The notes under the pieces were generated by a model, which saw only the letters and a program-made list of their open reading frames with translations, was not told where the DNA came from and did not search any database. A stretch of 64,000 bases of DNA from Alphaproteobacteria bacterium (lineage in GTDB: Bacteria > Pseudomonadota > Alphaproteobacteria > GCA-2731375): positions 6,752,001-6,816,000 of the forward strand of contig CBDDPY010000002.1 of NCBI GenBank assembly GCA_965232515.1. The letters are read 5' to 3'. Every line of letters begins with the position of its first letter. Position 1 is the first letter of the stretch. The position numbers and the translations under genes were made by a program. Shown piece by piece: positions 38,660-49,027 of this stretch.

Positions 38660-39934
38660 TCAATCGGCGATCTGGCGGCAGTGGGTTTCGGGGATGAAGC
38701 GGACGGCGATAAGGCCGGCGAGCAGCAGGACGGGGATGGCGGTGAAGCCAAGGCGGTAGGTCTCGGCATCGTAGAGGCGGACGCCGTTTTCGATCTCGCC
38801 GGTCCAGTTCAGGTCGAGGATGTAGCCGATGACGACCTGCAGGACGGCGATGGAGATCATGACGCTGGCGTTCAACAGGCTGGTGATGGTGCCGGTGGCG
38901 GCGGTGGGGGTGAATTCCTTGGCGACGGCGAAGCCGACGAGGAAGCCGCTGAGGCTGCCGCCGGCGGCGAAGGCCAGCAGGTAGAGCAGCGGCACCGGCA
39001 GGTCGGGCACGTAGATCAGCACGGGCCAGACGATGAGGCCGATGAGCGGGCCGGCGTAAAGCAGCGGCTTGCGCCGGCCAAGGCGATCCGAGAGCCAGCC
39101 GGCGGCGGGGCCGACGACGCCCCAGCCGATCAGAATGGTCGAGGCGAAGGCGCCGGCGGCGGGCCGGCCGAGGCCGTAGGCCTGCATGACGAAGGGCACG
39201 CCCCAGAGCACGGCGATGGCGAGCGTCGGACCGGCGGCCAAGGCGCCGTAGGCGCCCATGGCCCAGGCGGCGCGGCGGCCGAGCGCCAGTTTGAGCACCG
39301 GCAGGACGCCGACCCGCGGCCGTCCGCCGGCCGTGGCGGCGGCCGCGGCGGGCGTGGGCGAGAGCCAGCGCGTCGCCCAGAAGGCAAAGGCGATGGCGAA
39401 GCCGACGGCGGCGGCGGCGTAGCTGGCGGCGCGCCATCCGACGGCGTCGATGACCAGCGCCAGCGGGCCCTGGCCGGCGGCGCCGCCCAGCATGGCGATC
39501 AGGTTGGTGAGGCCGACCATGAAGGCGTAGCGCTCGGGCGGCAGCCAGATCGTCGTCAGGCGCATGGTGCCGACCCAGGCCGCGGCCGCGCCGGCCCCGA
39601 TCAGCAAACGGCTGACGAAGGCCAGTGTCAGGGTGTCGGCGGCGGCGAACAGCGTCGCGCCCGTGGCGCAGACCAGCACCGCGCCGATCAGCACGCGGCG
39701 CGGGCCGACATTGTCGACGGCGATCCCAAACGGGATCTGCATCGCCGCGTAGATGTAGTAGTAGGCGGCGGCGAGGTTGCCGAGCATGGCCGCGTTGACC
39801 GCGAAGTCGCGCATCAACTGGTCGATCATCACGCTGGGCGCGACGCGCAGGAAATAGACGTAGCCGAAATAGAACGCGCCGAGGCAGCAGATCAGCCAGG
39901 GCAGTACGCCCAGCCTGGCGCCAGCATCCCTCAC
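38660..39934 (-). CDS. MFS transporter
   Basis: FLRVAPSVM, YYYIYAAMQIPFG and GWLSDRLGRRKP. Confidence 0.9.
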   Translation of the reverse strand: MRDAGARLGVLPWLICCLGAFYFGYVYFLRVAPSVMIDQLMRDFAVNAAMLGNLAAAYYYIYAAMQIPFGIAVDNVGPRRVLIGAVLVCATGATLFAAADTLTLAFVSRLLIGAGAAAAWVGTMRLTTIWLPPERYAFMVGLTNLIAMLGGAAGQGPLALVIDAVGWRAASYAAAAVGFAIAFAFWATRWLSPTPAAAAATAGGRPRVGVLPVLKLALGRRAAWAMGAYGALAAGPTLAIAVLWGVPFVMQAYGLGRPAAGAFASTILIGWGVVGPAAGWLSDRLGRRKPLLYAGPLIGLIVWPVLIYVPDLPVPLLYLLAFAAGGSLSGFLVGFAVAKEFTPTAATGTITSLLNASVMISIAVLQVVIGYILDLNWTGEIENGVRLYDAETYRLGFTAIPVLLLAGLIAVRFIPETHCRQIAD

Positions 39935-39935
39935 G

Positions 39936-41219
39936 TCAGTAGAACAGGTTCGGCAGCCAGAGCGCGATGTCGGGGAAGGCCACGAGCAGCACGATCATCA
40001 CGAACATGGTGGCGACGAACGGCAGCGCGCCGACGATGACGTCGTTCATCGAGCCGCGGCCGCGCACGCCCTGGACGACGTAGAGATTGACGCCGATGGG
40101 CGGCGTGATCAGCGCCGTCTCCAGCATCACCATCATCAGGATGCCGAACCAGACCGGGTCGTAGCCGAGGCCGACGATGATCGGCACGATCAAGGGCGTC
40201 GTGGTCAGCAGCATGGAGAGGGTCTCCATAAAGCAGCCGAGGATGAGATAGAAGGCGATCACCGCCAGCAGCGTTTGGAACGGCGTCAGGCCGAGGCTGG
40301 TGATGAAGTCGGACAAGGCTTGCGTGAGGCCGACCGCGGCCAGCGTGAAGTTGAGGAAGATCGCGGCCAGGATGATCAGCATGACCATGGCCGTCGTGCG
40401 CATGGTGCCCTCGATCGCCAGCCGCAGCATCTGCAGATTGAGCGAGCGGTTGGCGGCGGCGAGGATCAGGGAGGCGACGACGCCGAGCGAAGCGGCTTCC
40501 GTGGGTGTCGCCAGGCCGGCATAGATCGAGCCGACGACGACCAGGAAGATGCCGAGCGGCGGCAGCAGGTGCGGCAGACTGTCGATGCGCTTGCGCCAGC
40601 TGGTGTCGACCGGCGTGCCGCCCCAGCTGCGCCGGAACAGGCAGGCGACGATGACCGTGGCCATGAACAGGAGCGCCAGCAGCAGGCCAGGCAGGAAACC
40701 GGCGAGATAGAGTTGCGGCACGGAGGTGTCGGTCAAAAGGCCGTAGATGATCAGGTTGATCGACGGCGGGATGAGGATGCCGAGCGTGCCGCCGGCGGCG
40801 AGCGTGCCGACGAACAGGCGCTCGTTGTAGCGGTGCTTCTCGACCTCGGGCAGCGCGACCGTGCCGATGGTGGCGGCGGTGGCGACCGACGAGCCCGAGG
40901 TGGCGGCGAAGAGCGCGCAGGAGCCGATGTTGGAATGCATGAGCCCGCCCGGCAGCCAGGACAGCCACTGCACCATGGCGGCATACATGCGCTCGGCGAT
41001 GCCGGAGCGCAGCAGGATCTCGCCCATCAGCACGAACAGCGGAATGGCGATCAGCAGGAACTCGATGCTGTTTTCCCAGGCGACGTCGCCCAGCGCCAGA
41101 AACAGCGGCATCGGCGAATAGATTTCGTCGAGCGTCAGCGCCAGCACGCCGAGCACGGCGGCGATCGGCACGCTGAGCACGATCAGAGCCAGCAGGACGC
41201 CGAGCGTGGTGCCGAGCAT
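39936..41219 (-). CDS. dctM: TRAP transporter large permease
   Basis: AIPLFVLMGE, FAATSGSSVAT, GTLGILIPPS and ITPPIGVNLYV. Confidence 0.93.
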   Translation of the reverse strand: MLGTTLGVLLALIVLSVPIAAVLGVLALTLDEIYSPMPLFLALGDVAWENSIEFLLIAIPLFVLMGEILLRSGIAERMYAAMVQWLSWLPGGLMHSNIGSCALFAATSGSSVATAATIGTVALPEVEKHRYNERLFVGTLAAGGTLGILIPPSINLIIYGLLTDTSVPQLYLAGFLPGLLLALLFMATVIVACLFRRSWGGTPVDTSWRKRIDSLPHLLPPLGIFLVVVGSIYAGLATPTEAASLGVVASLILAAANRSLNLQMLRLAIEGTMRTTAMVMLIILAAIFLNFTLAAVGLTQALSDFITSLGLTPFQTLLAVIAFYLILGCFMETLSMLLTTTPLIVPIIVGLGYDPVWFGILMMVMLETALITPPIGVNLYVVQGVRGRGSMNDVIVGALPFVATMFVMIVLLVAFPDIALWLPNLFY

Positions 41220-41220
41220 C

Positions 41221-41814
41221 TCAGTTGTCCCCGGGCTCGGATTTGATCATGCCGTGGGTCTCTTCCTCGACTTCTTCGTCGAGGGTGCGCACGCCGGCAA
41301 TGCGCTGCACGCCGGCAAGATCGCCGCGTATCAGCGCCCAGGCGGTGGCGAGGATGACCAGGAAGAGCGTGACGGAGAACAGGCTGAGGCCGGCGACCCA
41401 GAAGGCCTGCGGATAGACCAGCGGCGTCTGCAGCGGCGTGATCGAGCGCGACCAGTTGTCGATTGTATCGAGCAACAGCAGCCAGGCCCGGTAGGTCAAG
41501 AGGCCGACGAAGCCGGCGAGGAGCGCGGTGCCGAACAGGTCGAGGACCGCGCGCAGCCAGGCCGGGAAGTGCAGGTAGAGCGCGTCAATGCGCACATTCA
41601 CGCGGTGCAGGAGCGCATAGGAAAAGGCCCAGGCGGTGGCGATGGCGAACAGGTAGCCCGAGATCTCGTCGGCGCCGCCGAGAGTGGTGGCGAAGAACTT
41701 TCGCAGGAAGACGTCGACCGTGACCATGCAGGCGGCGAAGATCATCATCGCGCCGCCGGCCCAGACCGCGACGCGGGCGACCTTCTCGGTCGCGTTCAGG
41801 ATCGGAGTGAACAT
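41221..41814 (-). CDS. dctQ: TRAP transporter small permease
   Basis: 4 TM; GADEISGY and NVRIDALY; lies between dctP and dctM. Confidence 0.9.
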   Translation of the reverse strand: MFTPILNATEKVARVAVWAGGAMMIFAACMVTVDVFLRKFFATTLGGADEISGYLFAIATAWAFSYALLHRVNVRIDALYLHFPAWLRAVLDLFGTALLAGFVGLLTYRAWLLLLDTIDNWSRSITPLQTPLVYPQAFWVAGLSLFSVTLFLVILATAWALIRGDLAGVQRIAGVRTLDEEVEEETHGMIKSEPGDN

Positions 41815-41832
41815 GCCGGTCTCCGCGGAAGG

Positions 41833-41866
41833 ACCGGCGGGACGCGGCCTGACGCGTCCCGCCGGT
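41833..41866. other. 14-bp perfect stem-loop after dctP (mRNA stabiliser or attenuator)
   Basis: ACCGGCGGGACGCG-N6-CGCGTCCCGCCGGT. Confidence 0.6.
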
Positions 41867-41874
41867 TTGCGCGC

Positions 41875-42945
41875 TTACTGCGGGATCGGCGCCTCGATGC
41901 CGACGACTTGGCCGACCGTGGCGTTCCACTGCTTGACGCAGTCGGCGCCGCAACGTTCGGCCCATCGTTTCAGCACGAAGTCGTTGAGGATGGTCTCCCG
42001 CGCCTCGAGGTCAGCGGCGCTGGGCACGACCTTCTTCATGGCGCCGGGATCGCCCTCGGTGCAGTTGCCGGTGTTGGTGTTACAGATGATGCCCATCTCG
42101 TCTTCGCGGATGGTCTCGGCCCAGGCCCGGTCTTCGAAAGCCTGGAACTCCTTGGTCAGCAGCGCCTGGGTGTCGGCGTTCAGCCGGTTCCAGGTCTTCA
42201 AGCTGATGGCGCCGAATGTCGCGGTGAAGCCGACGCGCAGCAGATAGGCGTGCGTGACAACCTCGTACCACTTGGCGCGATAGGCCGGCATGGTGCCGGT
42301 GATGCCGCAGTCGGCGACGCCCTTCTGCAGGGCCGGCACGACCTCGGCGAAGGGGATGGTGACGGAAACGCCGCCGGCGCCCTCGACGAAGTCGCCGAGC
42401 GTTGTCGAGTAAACGCGGATCTTCTTCCCGCGCAGGTCCTCGATGCCGTTGATCGGCTTGGCGCACCAGAGCATCTGGCTCGGGAACGGATAGATGGCCA
42501 TCAGCTTGGCGCCGTAGGTCTCCTGGAAGGCCTTGTCGAGCGTCGGCTTATAGGCCTCGGACACCTTGCGCATGGTGTCCCAGTCCTGCACCAGCGTCGA
42601 CAGGTCGACGCCCTCAATGACGGCGCTCTCCTTGGCGACATAGCCGACGACGCCGTGCGCCACGTCGAACACGCCGAGCTTGAGCAGGCGCATGACCTCG
42701 AAGCCTTTCAGGCCGAGCTCGGTGAGCGGCGAGGCCTGGGCCGTCAGCTTGTCGCCCGAGGCCTGCGGTATGGCGTTGTTCCAGAGATTGCTCTCGTGCT
42801 TCTGCCAGTTCGACAGGTTGCCCCAGGTGCCGACGACCTTGAAGTTGTAGGGCTTGAGGTCCTGGGCCGAGGCAAGCGTTGCGCTGAAGGCCAGTGCGAC
42901 CGCGGCAACGCCCCCCAAGGCGGTGCGAATGAAGGTTTTGTGCAT
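41875..42945 (-). CDS. dctP: TRAP substrate-binding protein
   Basis: Signal peptide; DLRGKKIRV and PFAEVVPALQKGVADC. Confidence 0.92.
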   Translation of the reverse strand: MHKTFIRTALGGVAAVALAFSATLASAQDLKPYNFKVVGTWGNLSNWQKHESNLWNNAIPQASGDKLTAQASPLTELGLKGFEVMRLLKLGVFDVAHGVVGYVAKESAVIEGVDLSTLVQDWDTMRKVSEAYKPTLDKAFQETYGAKLMAIYPFPSQMLWCAKPINGIEDLRGKKIRVYSTTLGDFVEGAGGVSVTIPFAEVVPALQKGVADCGITGTMPAYRAKWYEVVTHAYLLRVGFTATFGAISLKTWNRLNADTQALLTKEFQAFEDRAWAETIREDEMGIICNTNTGNCTEGDPGAMKKVVPSAADLEARETILNDFVLKRWAERCGADCVKQWNATVGQVVGIEAPIPQ

Positions 42946-43298
42946 GTTTGTTGCGTCTCCCGGTTGGCGTTCGCCCCGCGCATGCCAACAACCGCACGCC
43001 GCAGCGCCGGTCGTCCTCGCCGTTCAGGTGGTGGGTCAGTGTGCCGCCGCCTGACGCCAATGCCTCCCCGCATGCGCGGGCCAAAGATCCGCTAGCTTAG
43101 GTAAATTTCCGGCAATGGCAAATGCCGTCGGAGTCGTGGCCCGGCAACCTTTTCTACAGGCTTCGCCGCTAGCCTGACCGATGCCGTGACAGGCGCCCGG
43201 ATTCGGGCGTCGACATGGTTAACGCGAGATGTCGGATCGCGTGGGGTCAAGGCAAATCCGAGCGCCATGGCGCCGGACCGGGTTGGGTGGGAAATCAG

Positions 43299-45698
43299 AT
43301 GGACCAAGGCATGCCGACGCCGGGCGGTCGGCCCGCCGGGCGGCTGTTCGACGACCGCTGGGTAACGGCTTATGCCGGCTGGGTGCTGCGCTGGCGCTGG
43401 CTGGTGATCGCCGGTCTGGTGATGCTGGCGCTGGCGACGGCCAGCGGTGGCCGCAATCTCACGTTCTCGACCGACTACAAGGTGTTTTTCGGGGCCGAGA
43501 ACCCGCAGCTCCAGGCCTTCCTCGGCCTGCAGAACACATATACGAAAGACGACAATGTGATGTTCGTGCTGCGGCCGTCGGCCGGCACGAGTTTCTCACC
43601 GGAATTCCTGACGGCGATGCGCGGGCTGACCGAAGCGGGCTGGCGCCTGCCGTTCGCGACCCGCGTCGACAGCCTGAACAACTTCCAGCACAGCTATGCT
43701 GACGGCGACGAGCTGACGGTGCGGGACCTGATTCCGGCCGATCAGCCGCTGACCGACGCGGCGGTCGCCGAGATCCGTGACGTGGCGCTGAACGAACCGT
43801 TGCTGGTGAACCGGCTGGTCGCGCCAGACGGGGCCACGGTCGCCGTCAACGTGACGCTGAACCTGCCGCAGGCGGACGAGACCGAGGTGCCGGCGGTAAT
43901 GACGGCGGCGCGCAAGCTGGCGGCCGACTTCCGGGACGCCAATCCCGATGTGCATGTCGCCATCATCGGCAGCGCGGCGCTGGGCTACGCCTTCACCGAG
44001 GCGGCGGAGGCCGACCTGCAGACGCTGGTGCCGCTGATGTATGTGGTGCTGCTGGCGGTGACGGCGGCGCTGCTGCGCTCGATCGCCGGCACTGTCGTCA
44101 CGTTGATGGTGATCGGCCTGTCGACCGTGACGGCCATGGGGCTCGCCGGCTGGGCCGGCATCGCGCTGACGCCGGTCTCGGCAAACGCGCCGACCATCAT
44201 CCTGACCATCGCAATCGCCGATTCGATTCACCTGCTGGTCACCATGTTCCACGAGATGCGGCGCGGGACGAGCCGGCAGGCGGCGATCGTCGAGAGCCTG
44301 AGGATCAACTTCCAGCCGGTGTTCCTGACCAGCCTGACCACGATCATCGGTTTCCTCAGCCTCAATTTCAGCGATTCGCCGCCGTTCCACGACCTGGGCA
44401 ACATCATCGCCGTCGGCGTCGCGGCGGCCTGGCTGTACTCGATCCTGTTCCTGCCGGCGGTGATGGCGGTGATGCCGCTGCGCGTGCGGCCGGCCGCGAT
44501 GGCCCGCGGCACGGCGATGGATCGCCTCGCGGGCTTCGTCATCGATCGGCGCCGGCCGGTGCTGGTCGGCATGATCCTCATCGTCGCCGGACTGACGGCG
44601 CTGATTCCGCGGCTCGAGGTGAACGACCAGTTCCACGCCTACTTCGACGACGACAGCACCTTCCGTCAGGATGTCGATTACGCGGCCGAGCACCTGACCG
44701 GCATGTATCAGCTCGAATGGTCGATCCCGGCTGATGAGGCCGGCGGCGTCAACGAGCCCGCGTTTCTCAGCATGCTGGAACGGTTCAGCGACTGGCTGCG
44801 TGCGGACCCGCACGTGGTGCACGTGCAGACACTGACCGACCTGCAGCGGCGCCTCAACCGCAACATGCACGGCGACGATCCGGCCTACGACCGGCTGCCG
44901 GAAGACCGCGAGCTGGCGGCGCAATACCTGCTGCTGTTCGAGATGTCGCTGCCCTATGGGCTCGACCTCAACAACCAGATCAACGTCGACAAGTCGGCCG
45001 TGCGCGTCGTCGCCACGACCGAGAACGTGACCACATCGGAGCTGCGCGCCATCGACGATGCGGCCAAGGCCTGGCTGGCGGCGAACCATCCGCCCGCGGC
45101 CGAGGTCGGTGCGACCGGGCCGGCGGTGATGTTCGCCTACATCTTCACCCGCAACATCGAGGGCATGCTGACCGGCACGCTGATCGCCTTCCTGCTGATC
45201 TCGGGCGCGCTGATCGTGGCGTTGCGCAATCTGCGTCTCGGGGTCATCAGCCTGGCGCCAAATCTGCTGCCGGCGGCCGTCGCCTTCGGTCTGTGGTCGC
45301 TGTTTGTCGGCGAGGTCGGGCTTGCCGCGTCGGTGATCACGGCGACCAGCCTGGGCCTGATCGTCGACGCCACGGTGCACTTCCTGTCGAAGTATCAGCG
45401 CGCCCGGCGCGCCGACGGCGCCGATGCCGAAGAGGCAGTGCGCTATGCCTTCCGCACGGTCGGCACGGCGCTCTGGGTGACCTCGGCCATTCTGATCGCC
45501 GGCTTCGGCGTGCTGGCGCTCTCCGGCTTCCGGATGAACGAGCATATGGGCCTGCTAACGGCCGCCGCCATCGCCGCGGCCGTGGTGATCGACTTCCTGC
45601 TGCTGCCGGCGCTGCTGCTGGCGCTCGACGGCAAACGCAAAACCCAATCGAAGGAGCTGACGCATGAGCTGGAACCCGCTGCCGAAGCCTCTCATTAG
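43299..45698 (+). CDS. MMPL / RND family transporter
   Basis: Two MMPL repeats; IAIADSIH, LTSLTTIIGF and GLIVDATVHF. Confidence 0.9.
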   Translation: MDQGMPTPGGRPAGRLFDDRWVTAYAGWVLRWRWLVIAGLVMLALATASGGRNLTFSTDYKVFFGAENPQLQAFLGLQNTYTKDDNVMFVLRPSAGTSFSPEFLTAMRGLTEAGWRLPFATRVDSLNNFQHSYADGDELTVRDLIPADQPLTDAAVAEIRDVALNEPLLVNRLVAPDGATVAVNVTLNLPQADETEVPAVMTAARKLAADFRDANPDVHVAIIGSAALGYAFTEAAEADLQTLVPLMYVVLLAVTAALLRSIAGTVVTLMVIGLSTVTAMGLAGWAGIALTPVSANAPTIILTIAIADSIHLLVTMFHEMRRGTSRQAAIVESLRINFQPVFLTSLTTIIGFLSLNFSDSPPFHDLGNIIAVGVAAAWLYSILFLPAVMAVMPLRVRPAAMARGTAMDRLAGFVIDRRRPVLVGMILIVAGLTALIPRLEVNDQFHAYFDDDSTFRQDVDYAAEHLTGMYQLEWSIPADEAGGVNEPAFLSMLERFSDWLRADPHVVHVQTLTDLQRRLNRNMHGDDPAYDRLPEDRELAAQYLLLFEMSLPYGLDLNNQINVDKSAVRVVATTENVTTSELRAIDDAAKAWLAANHPPAAEVGATGPAVMFAYIFTRNIEGMLTGTLIAFLLISGALIVALRNLRLGVISLAPNLLPAAVAFGLWSLFVGEVGLAASVITATSLGLIVDATVHFLSKYQRARRADGADAEEAVRYAFRTVGTALWVTSAILIAGFGVLALSGFRMNEHMGLLTAAAIAAAVVIDFLLLPALLLALDGKRKTQSKELTHELEPAAEASH

Positions 45699-46485
45699 AA
45701 TCGCCGCCGCGCTGGCGGCGCTGACCCTGCCGTTGACGGCCGGCGCCGCGACGCCGGCGCAGAAAGGCCTGGCCATCGCCACCGAGATGGACCGCCGCGA
45801 CGAGGGTTGGGGCGATAGCGAGGTGTCGCTGGAGATGGTGCTGGGCAACCGCCAGGGCGAAACCAGCACCCGCGAACTGCGCATCCGCAGCCTCGAGGTG
45901 TCGGAACCCGAATTGGGCGACCGCAGCCTGACCGTGTTCGACCGGCCGCGCGACATCAAGGGCACGGCGCTGCTGTCGCACACCCGCGTGCTCGAGGCCG
46001 ACGACCAGTGGCTCTACCTGCCGGCGTTGAAGCGGGTGAAGCGGATCTCGTCGTCGAACAAGTCGGGGCCATTTGTCGGCAGCGAGTTCGCCTACGAGGA
46101 TCTGCTGTCGCAGGAGGTGGCGAAGTACACCTACAAATGGCTGCGCGACGAGGCTTGCGCGCCCGGCAACACGCTGACGTGCTTCGTTGTCGAGCGCTAT
46201 CCGCAGTACAAGAATTCCGGCTACACCAAGCAGATCGTCTGGATCGACCAACAGGAATACCGGCCGATGCGGATCGACTATTTCGACCGCAAGGACGCGC
46301 TGTTGAAGACTCTACGCATGACCCAGTACCGGCAGTATCTCGGCCAGTACTGGCGCGCGCATCACTGGCGCATGGAGAACCTGCAGACCGGCAAGACCAC
46401 GGACTTGGTCTTCAGCGACTTCGGCTTCCGCCTCGGCCTCAACGAAAACGCGTTTTCGTCAAGCCGGCTGAAGCGGGTGCGGTGA
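45664..46485 (+). CDS. Outer-membrane lipoprotein-sorting (LolA-like) protein
   Basis: DDQWLYLPALKRVKRIS, FVGSEFAYED and MENLQTGKTT; usual partner of MMPL transporters. Confidence 0.88.
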   Translation: MSWNPLPKPLIRIAAALAALTLPLTAGAATPAQKGLAIATEMDRRDEGWGDSEVSLEMVLGNRQGETSTRELRIRSLEVSEPELGDRSLTVFDRPRDIKGTALLSHTRVLEADDQWLYLPALKRVKRISSSNKSGPFVGSEFAYEDLLSQEVAKYTYKWLRDEACAPGNTLTCFVVERYPQYKNSGYTKQIVWIDQQEYRPMRIDYFDRKDALLKTLRMTQYRQYLGQYWRAHHWRMENLQTGKTTDLVFSDFGFRLGLNENAFSSSRLKRVR

Positions 46486-46530
46486 GGACGTCGGGACGGC
46501 GCCGGGCGTCAAATTCCGCCGTCGAGCGAC

Positions 46531-47826
46531 TCAACGGATGATGGGGCCCGAGCTGGCGTCGGACGCGGTATCGGCAAGCCAGACCTTGGCGTAGGGCAAT
46601 AGGGGGTCCGGCATCTCGTCCGGTGCGTACCAACCCCATTCGGTGCCCTCGTCCGAGCCGTGCAGCGCGCCGCCGGTCACGCGAGACGCGAACAGCGCCG
46701 TGACGAACTGCACGCGCCGACCATCCGGATAATCGACGGTCTGGAACGACGGATCGGAGTTGATCGAGACCAGCCGGTCGATCCTGACTGTCAGCCCGGT
46801 CTCCTCCAAGACTTCGCGGTGGAACGCCTCGCGGAGGGATTCACCCGGCTCGACATGGCCGCTGACCGGCGCCCAGCCGTCGCCGAAACGGCGCCTGTGC
46901 AGAAGAACCTGGCCGGCGTCGTTGTAAATAACGGCGCCGACGCCGACCTTTGGCCGCGCGGCCTCGCGCGTGTCGATGATGGTGTGAAGGTGATTCAACG
47001 GTCCCGCGCCGCCGCCGAAGCCCGGCGCCGTGCGCAGCGCCTCGTGGACATACCGCACTGCGGTGGCGGCGGCGGCGCGCAAATCGTGACCCGACGCCAG
47101 GGCCGTCGCGAGCGCTGCCGACAGCGTGCAGCCGGTGCCGTGCGTGCTGCGGGTCGTCAACCGCGGATGCCGGAACTCGGTCGTCTCATCCCGCGTCATG
47201 AGCAGGTCCAAGACCTCCGGCCCGTCGAGATGGCCGCCCTTCATCAACACGGCGCCGGCGCCGGTTCGCAGGAGCCGGTCTCCGGCGCGTCGCATATCGT
47301 CCTCGTTCTCGATCGCCTGACCGGTGAGCACGGCGGCCTCGGGCGCATTCGGCGTCAGAACGGCGGCGCGGGGCAGCATACGATCCGCGAGCGCCGCTTC
47401 GGCTTCCGGATCGAGGAGCCGATGCCCGCTCTTGGCCACCATCACGGGATCGAGAACGATGGGAACCCCGTCGGGGAGGCCGGACAGCGCCTCCGCCACG
47501 CGCTCGATCACCGCCGCCCGATGCAGCATGCCAATCTTGATCGCATCAACGCCAATGTCATCCAGGCACACGCGGATCTGGTCGGCCACGAACCGCTCGG
47601 AGACCTTGACGACGCTCTGGACGCCAAGCGTGTTTTGCGCGAGCAGGGCGGTGATGGCGCCTTGCGCGTACCCGCCGAGCGCGGTGATCGTCTTGATGTC
47701 GGCCTGCAGCCCGGCGCCGCCGCTGGGGTCCGTGCCGGCTATGGCGAGAACCCTCGGCAACGCTGGTTTCGAGCGCGTGGCGTTCGGTGCCGGACTGAAC
47801 CGGGTCGTGTAATCACAGGATGGCAT
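46531..47826 (-). CDS. thiD: Hydroxymethylpyrimidine/phosphomethylpyrimidine kinase fused to a C-terminal Nudix hydrolase
   Basis: IAGTDPSGGAGLQADIKT, VLDPVMVAKSG and THGTGCTLS; Nudix box GHVEPGESLREAFHREVLEETGL. Confidence 0.92.
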   Translation of the reverse strand: MPSCDYTTRFSPAPNATRSKPALPRVLAIAGTDPSGGAGLQADIKTITALGGYAQGAITALLAQNTLGVQSVVKVSERFVADQIRVCLDDIGVDAIKIGMLHRAAVIERVAEALSGLPDGVPIVLDPVMVAKSGHRLLDPEAEAALADRMLPRAAVLTPNAPEAAVLTGQAIENEDDMRRAGDRLLRTGAGAVLMKGGHLDGPEVLDLLMTRDETTEFRHPRLTTRSTHGTGCTLSAALATALASGHDLRAAAATAVRYVHEALRTAPGFGGGAGPLNHLHTIIDTREAARPKVGVGAVIYNDAGQVLLHRRRFGDGWAPVSGHVEPGESLREAFHREVLEETGLTVRIDRLVSINSDPSFQTVDYPDGRRVQFVTALFASRVTGGALHGSDEGTEWGWYAPDEMPDPLLPYAKVWLADTASDASSGPIIR

Positions 47827-47832
47827 GATCGC

Positions 47833-47935
47833 AGCTCCCTCCGCCGGTCCTAACCGGATCAGGTGATGCGGGTCGCGACGCCGACCGAAACTCGGTCCGT
47901 TCGCCTCTCAGCTGCCTGCCGCAGCTCCCCGGCTC
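47833..47935 (-). ncRNA. TPP riboswitch (THI element)
   Basis: Minus strand GGGGAGC..GCTGAGAGG..GACCCG..CACCTGATCCGGTTAGGACCGGCGGAGGGA directly upstream of thiD. Confidence 0.93.
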
Positions 47936-48004
47936 GTTTCAAATCTAGTCAGTCCCGATCAGGACATCAACGGTTGACACGGCGTTCTCCGATGGTGCCG
48001 CGTC

Positions 48005-48625
48005 CTACGTCGTTTCGGGCTCGTCCTTGACGTCGCGCTCCTCGAGGATACGGTCGATCAATCCCCACTCCAGGGCTTCTTCCGCCGACATGAAGCGGTC
48101 GCGGTCGAGCGTACGTTCGACCTCTTCAAAAGTGCGGCCGCAATGCTTGGCATACAGCCCGATGATGCGGCGTTTGGTCTGCTGGATCTCCTCGGCATGG
48201 ATGAGGATGTCCGAGGCCTGTCCCTGGAAGCCCCCCAACGGCTGATGCACATGCAAGCTCGCATTGGGCAGCGCGGCGCGCTGGCCGGGCTCGCCCGCCA
48301 TCAGCAGGAACGACCCCATGGAGCGGGCCGTCCCCATGCACAGCGTATGCACCGGCGCTCCGATAATCCGCATCGTGTCGTACATCGCGAGGCCGCTGGT
48401 GATCACGCCGCCGGGCGAGTTGATGTAGAGGTGGATCGGCTTCTTGGGATTCTCGGATTCCAACAGGAGCAACTGCGCGCAGACAAGCGCGGATACCGAG
48501 TCATTCACCTCGCCGTTGAGGAAGACGATCCGCTCGCGCAGAAGCCGTGAATAGATGTCGAAGGAACGTTCGCCCCTCGCCGATTGCTCGACGACCATGG
48601 GGACGAGTTGCATGGCTTCGCGCAT
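48005..48625 (-). CDS. clpP: ATP-dependent Clp protease proteolytic subunit (secondary paralog)
   Basis: [42 protein letters not shown] and RDRFM. Confidence 0.95.
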   Translation of the reverse strand: MREAMQLVPMVVEQSARGERSFDIYSRLLRERIVFLNGEVNDSVSALVCAQLLLLESENPKKPIHLYINSPGGVITSGLAMYDTMRIIGAPVHTLCMGTARSMGSFLLMAGEPGQRAALPNASLHVHQPLGGFQGQASDILIHAEEIQQTKRRIIGLYAKHCGRTFEEVERTLDRDRFMSAEEALEWGLIDRILEERDVKDEPETT

Positions 48626-48670
48626 TGGCGAACTCCTGTCTTCCAGCGTTTGTGTTGTCGACCGATGGCG

Positions 48671-49027
48671 TCAGGCCGCGCACATCAGGCAAGGCCGGTT
48701 GTCGTTCATGGCCGTAGGCGGCTGCGCCAGTCGTGCGTCCACCAGCCCATGGACGATTCTCAGTATGGTGCCGCCGTCGGCGTTCGGTTCGATCTGAAAC
48801 GTGACGATACTTTCAAGGAAGGGCGGTTCGCTGTCCCGCATTCTGTAGCCGATTTCCTCGCCCGGCGCCGAAGAGACCGGCGCGGCATCGGCCAAGTCGC
48901 CGTTCGGCAGCCATCTCTCGCGAAACGCTGGCGTGCTGATCGCCCGCCAGACTTTTTCGGGCGGCGCGTCGAGCTCGTATTCGAGCACCAGTTCCTTCGT
49001 CCGTTCCTCGGCCGCCTTGTCGGTCAT
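48671..49027 (-). CDS. SRPBCC / AHSA1 domain protein
   Basis: LEYELDAPPEKVWRAIS and GGTILRIVH. Confidence 0.85.
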   Translation of the reverse strand: MTDKAAEERTKELVLEYELDAPPEKVWRAISTPAFRERWLPNGDLADAAPVSSAPGEEIGYRMRDSEPPFLESIVTFQIEPNADGGTILRIVHGLVDARLAQPPTAMNDNRPCLMCAA

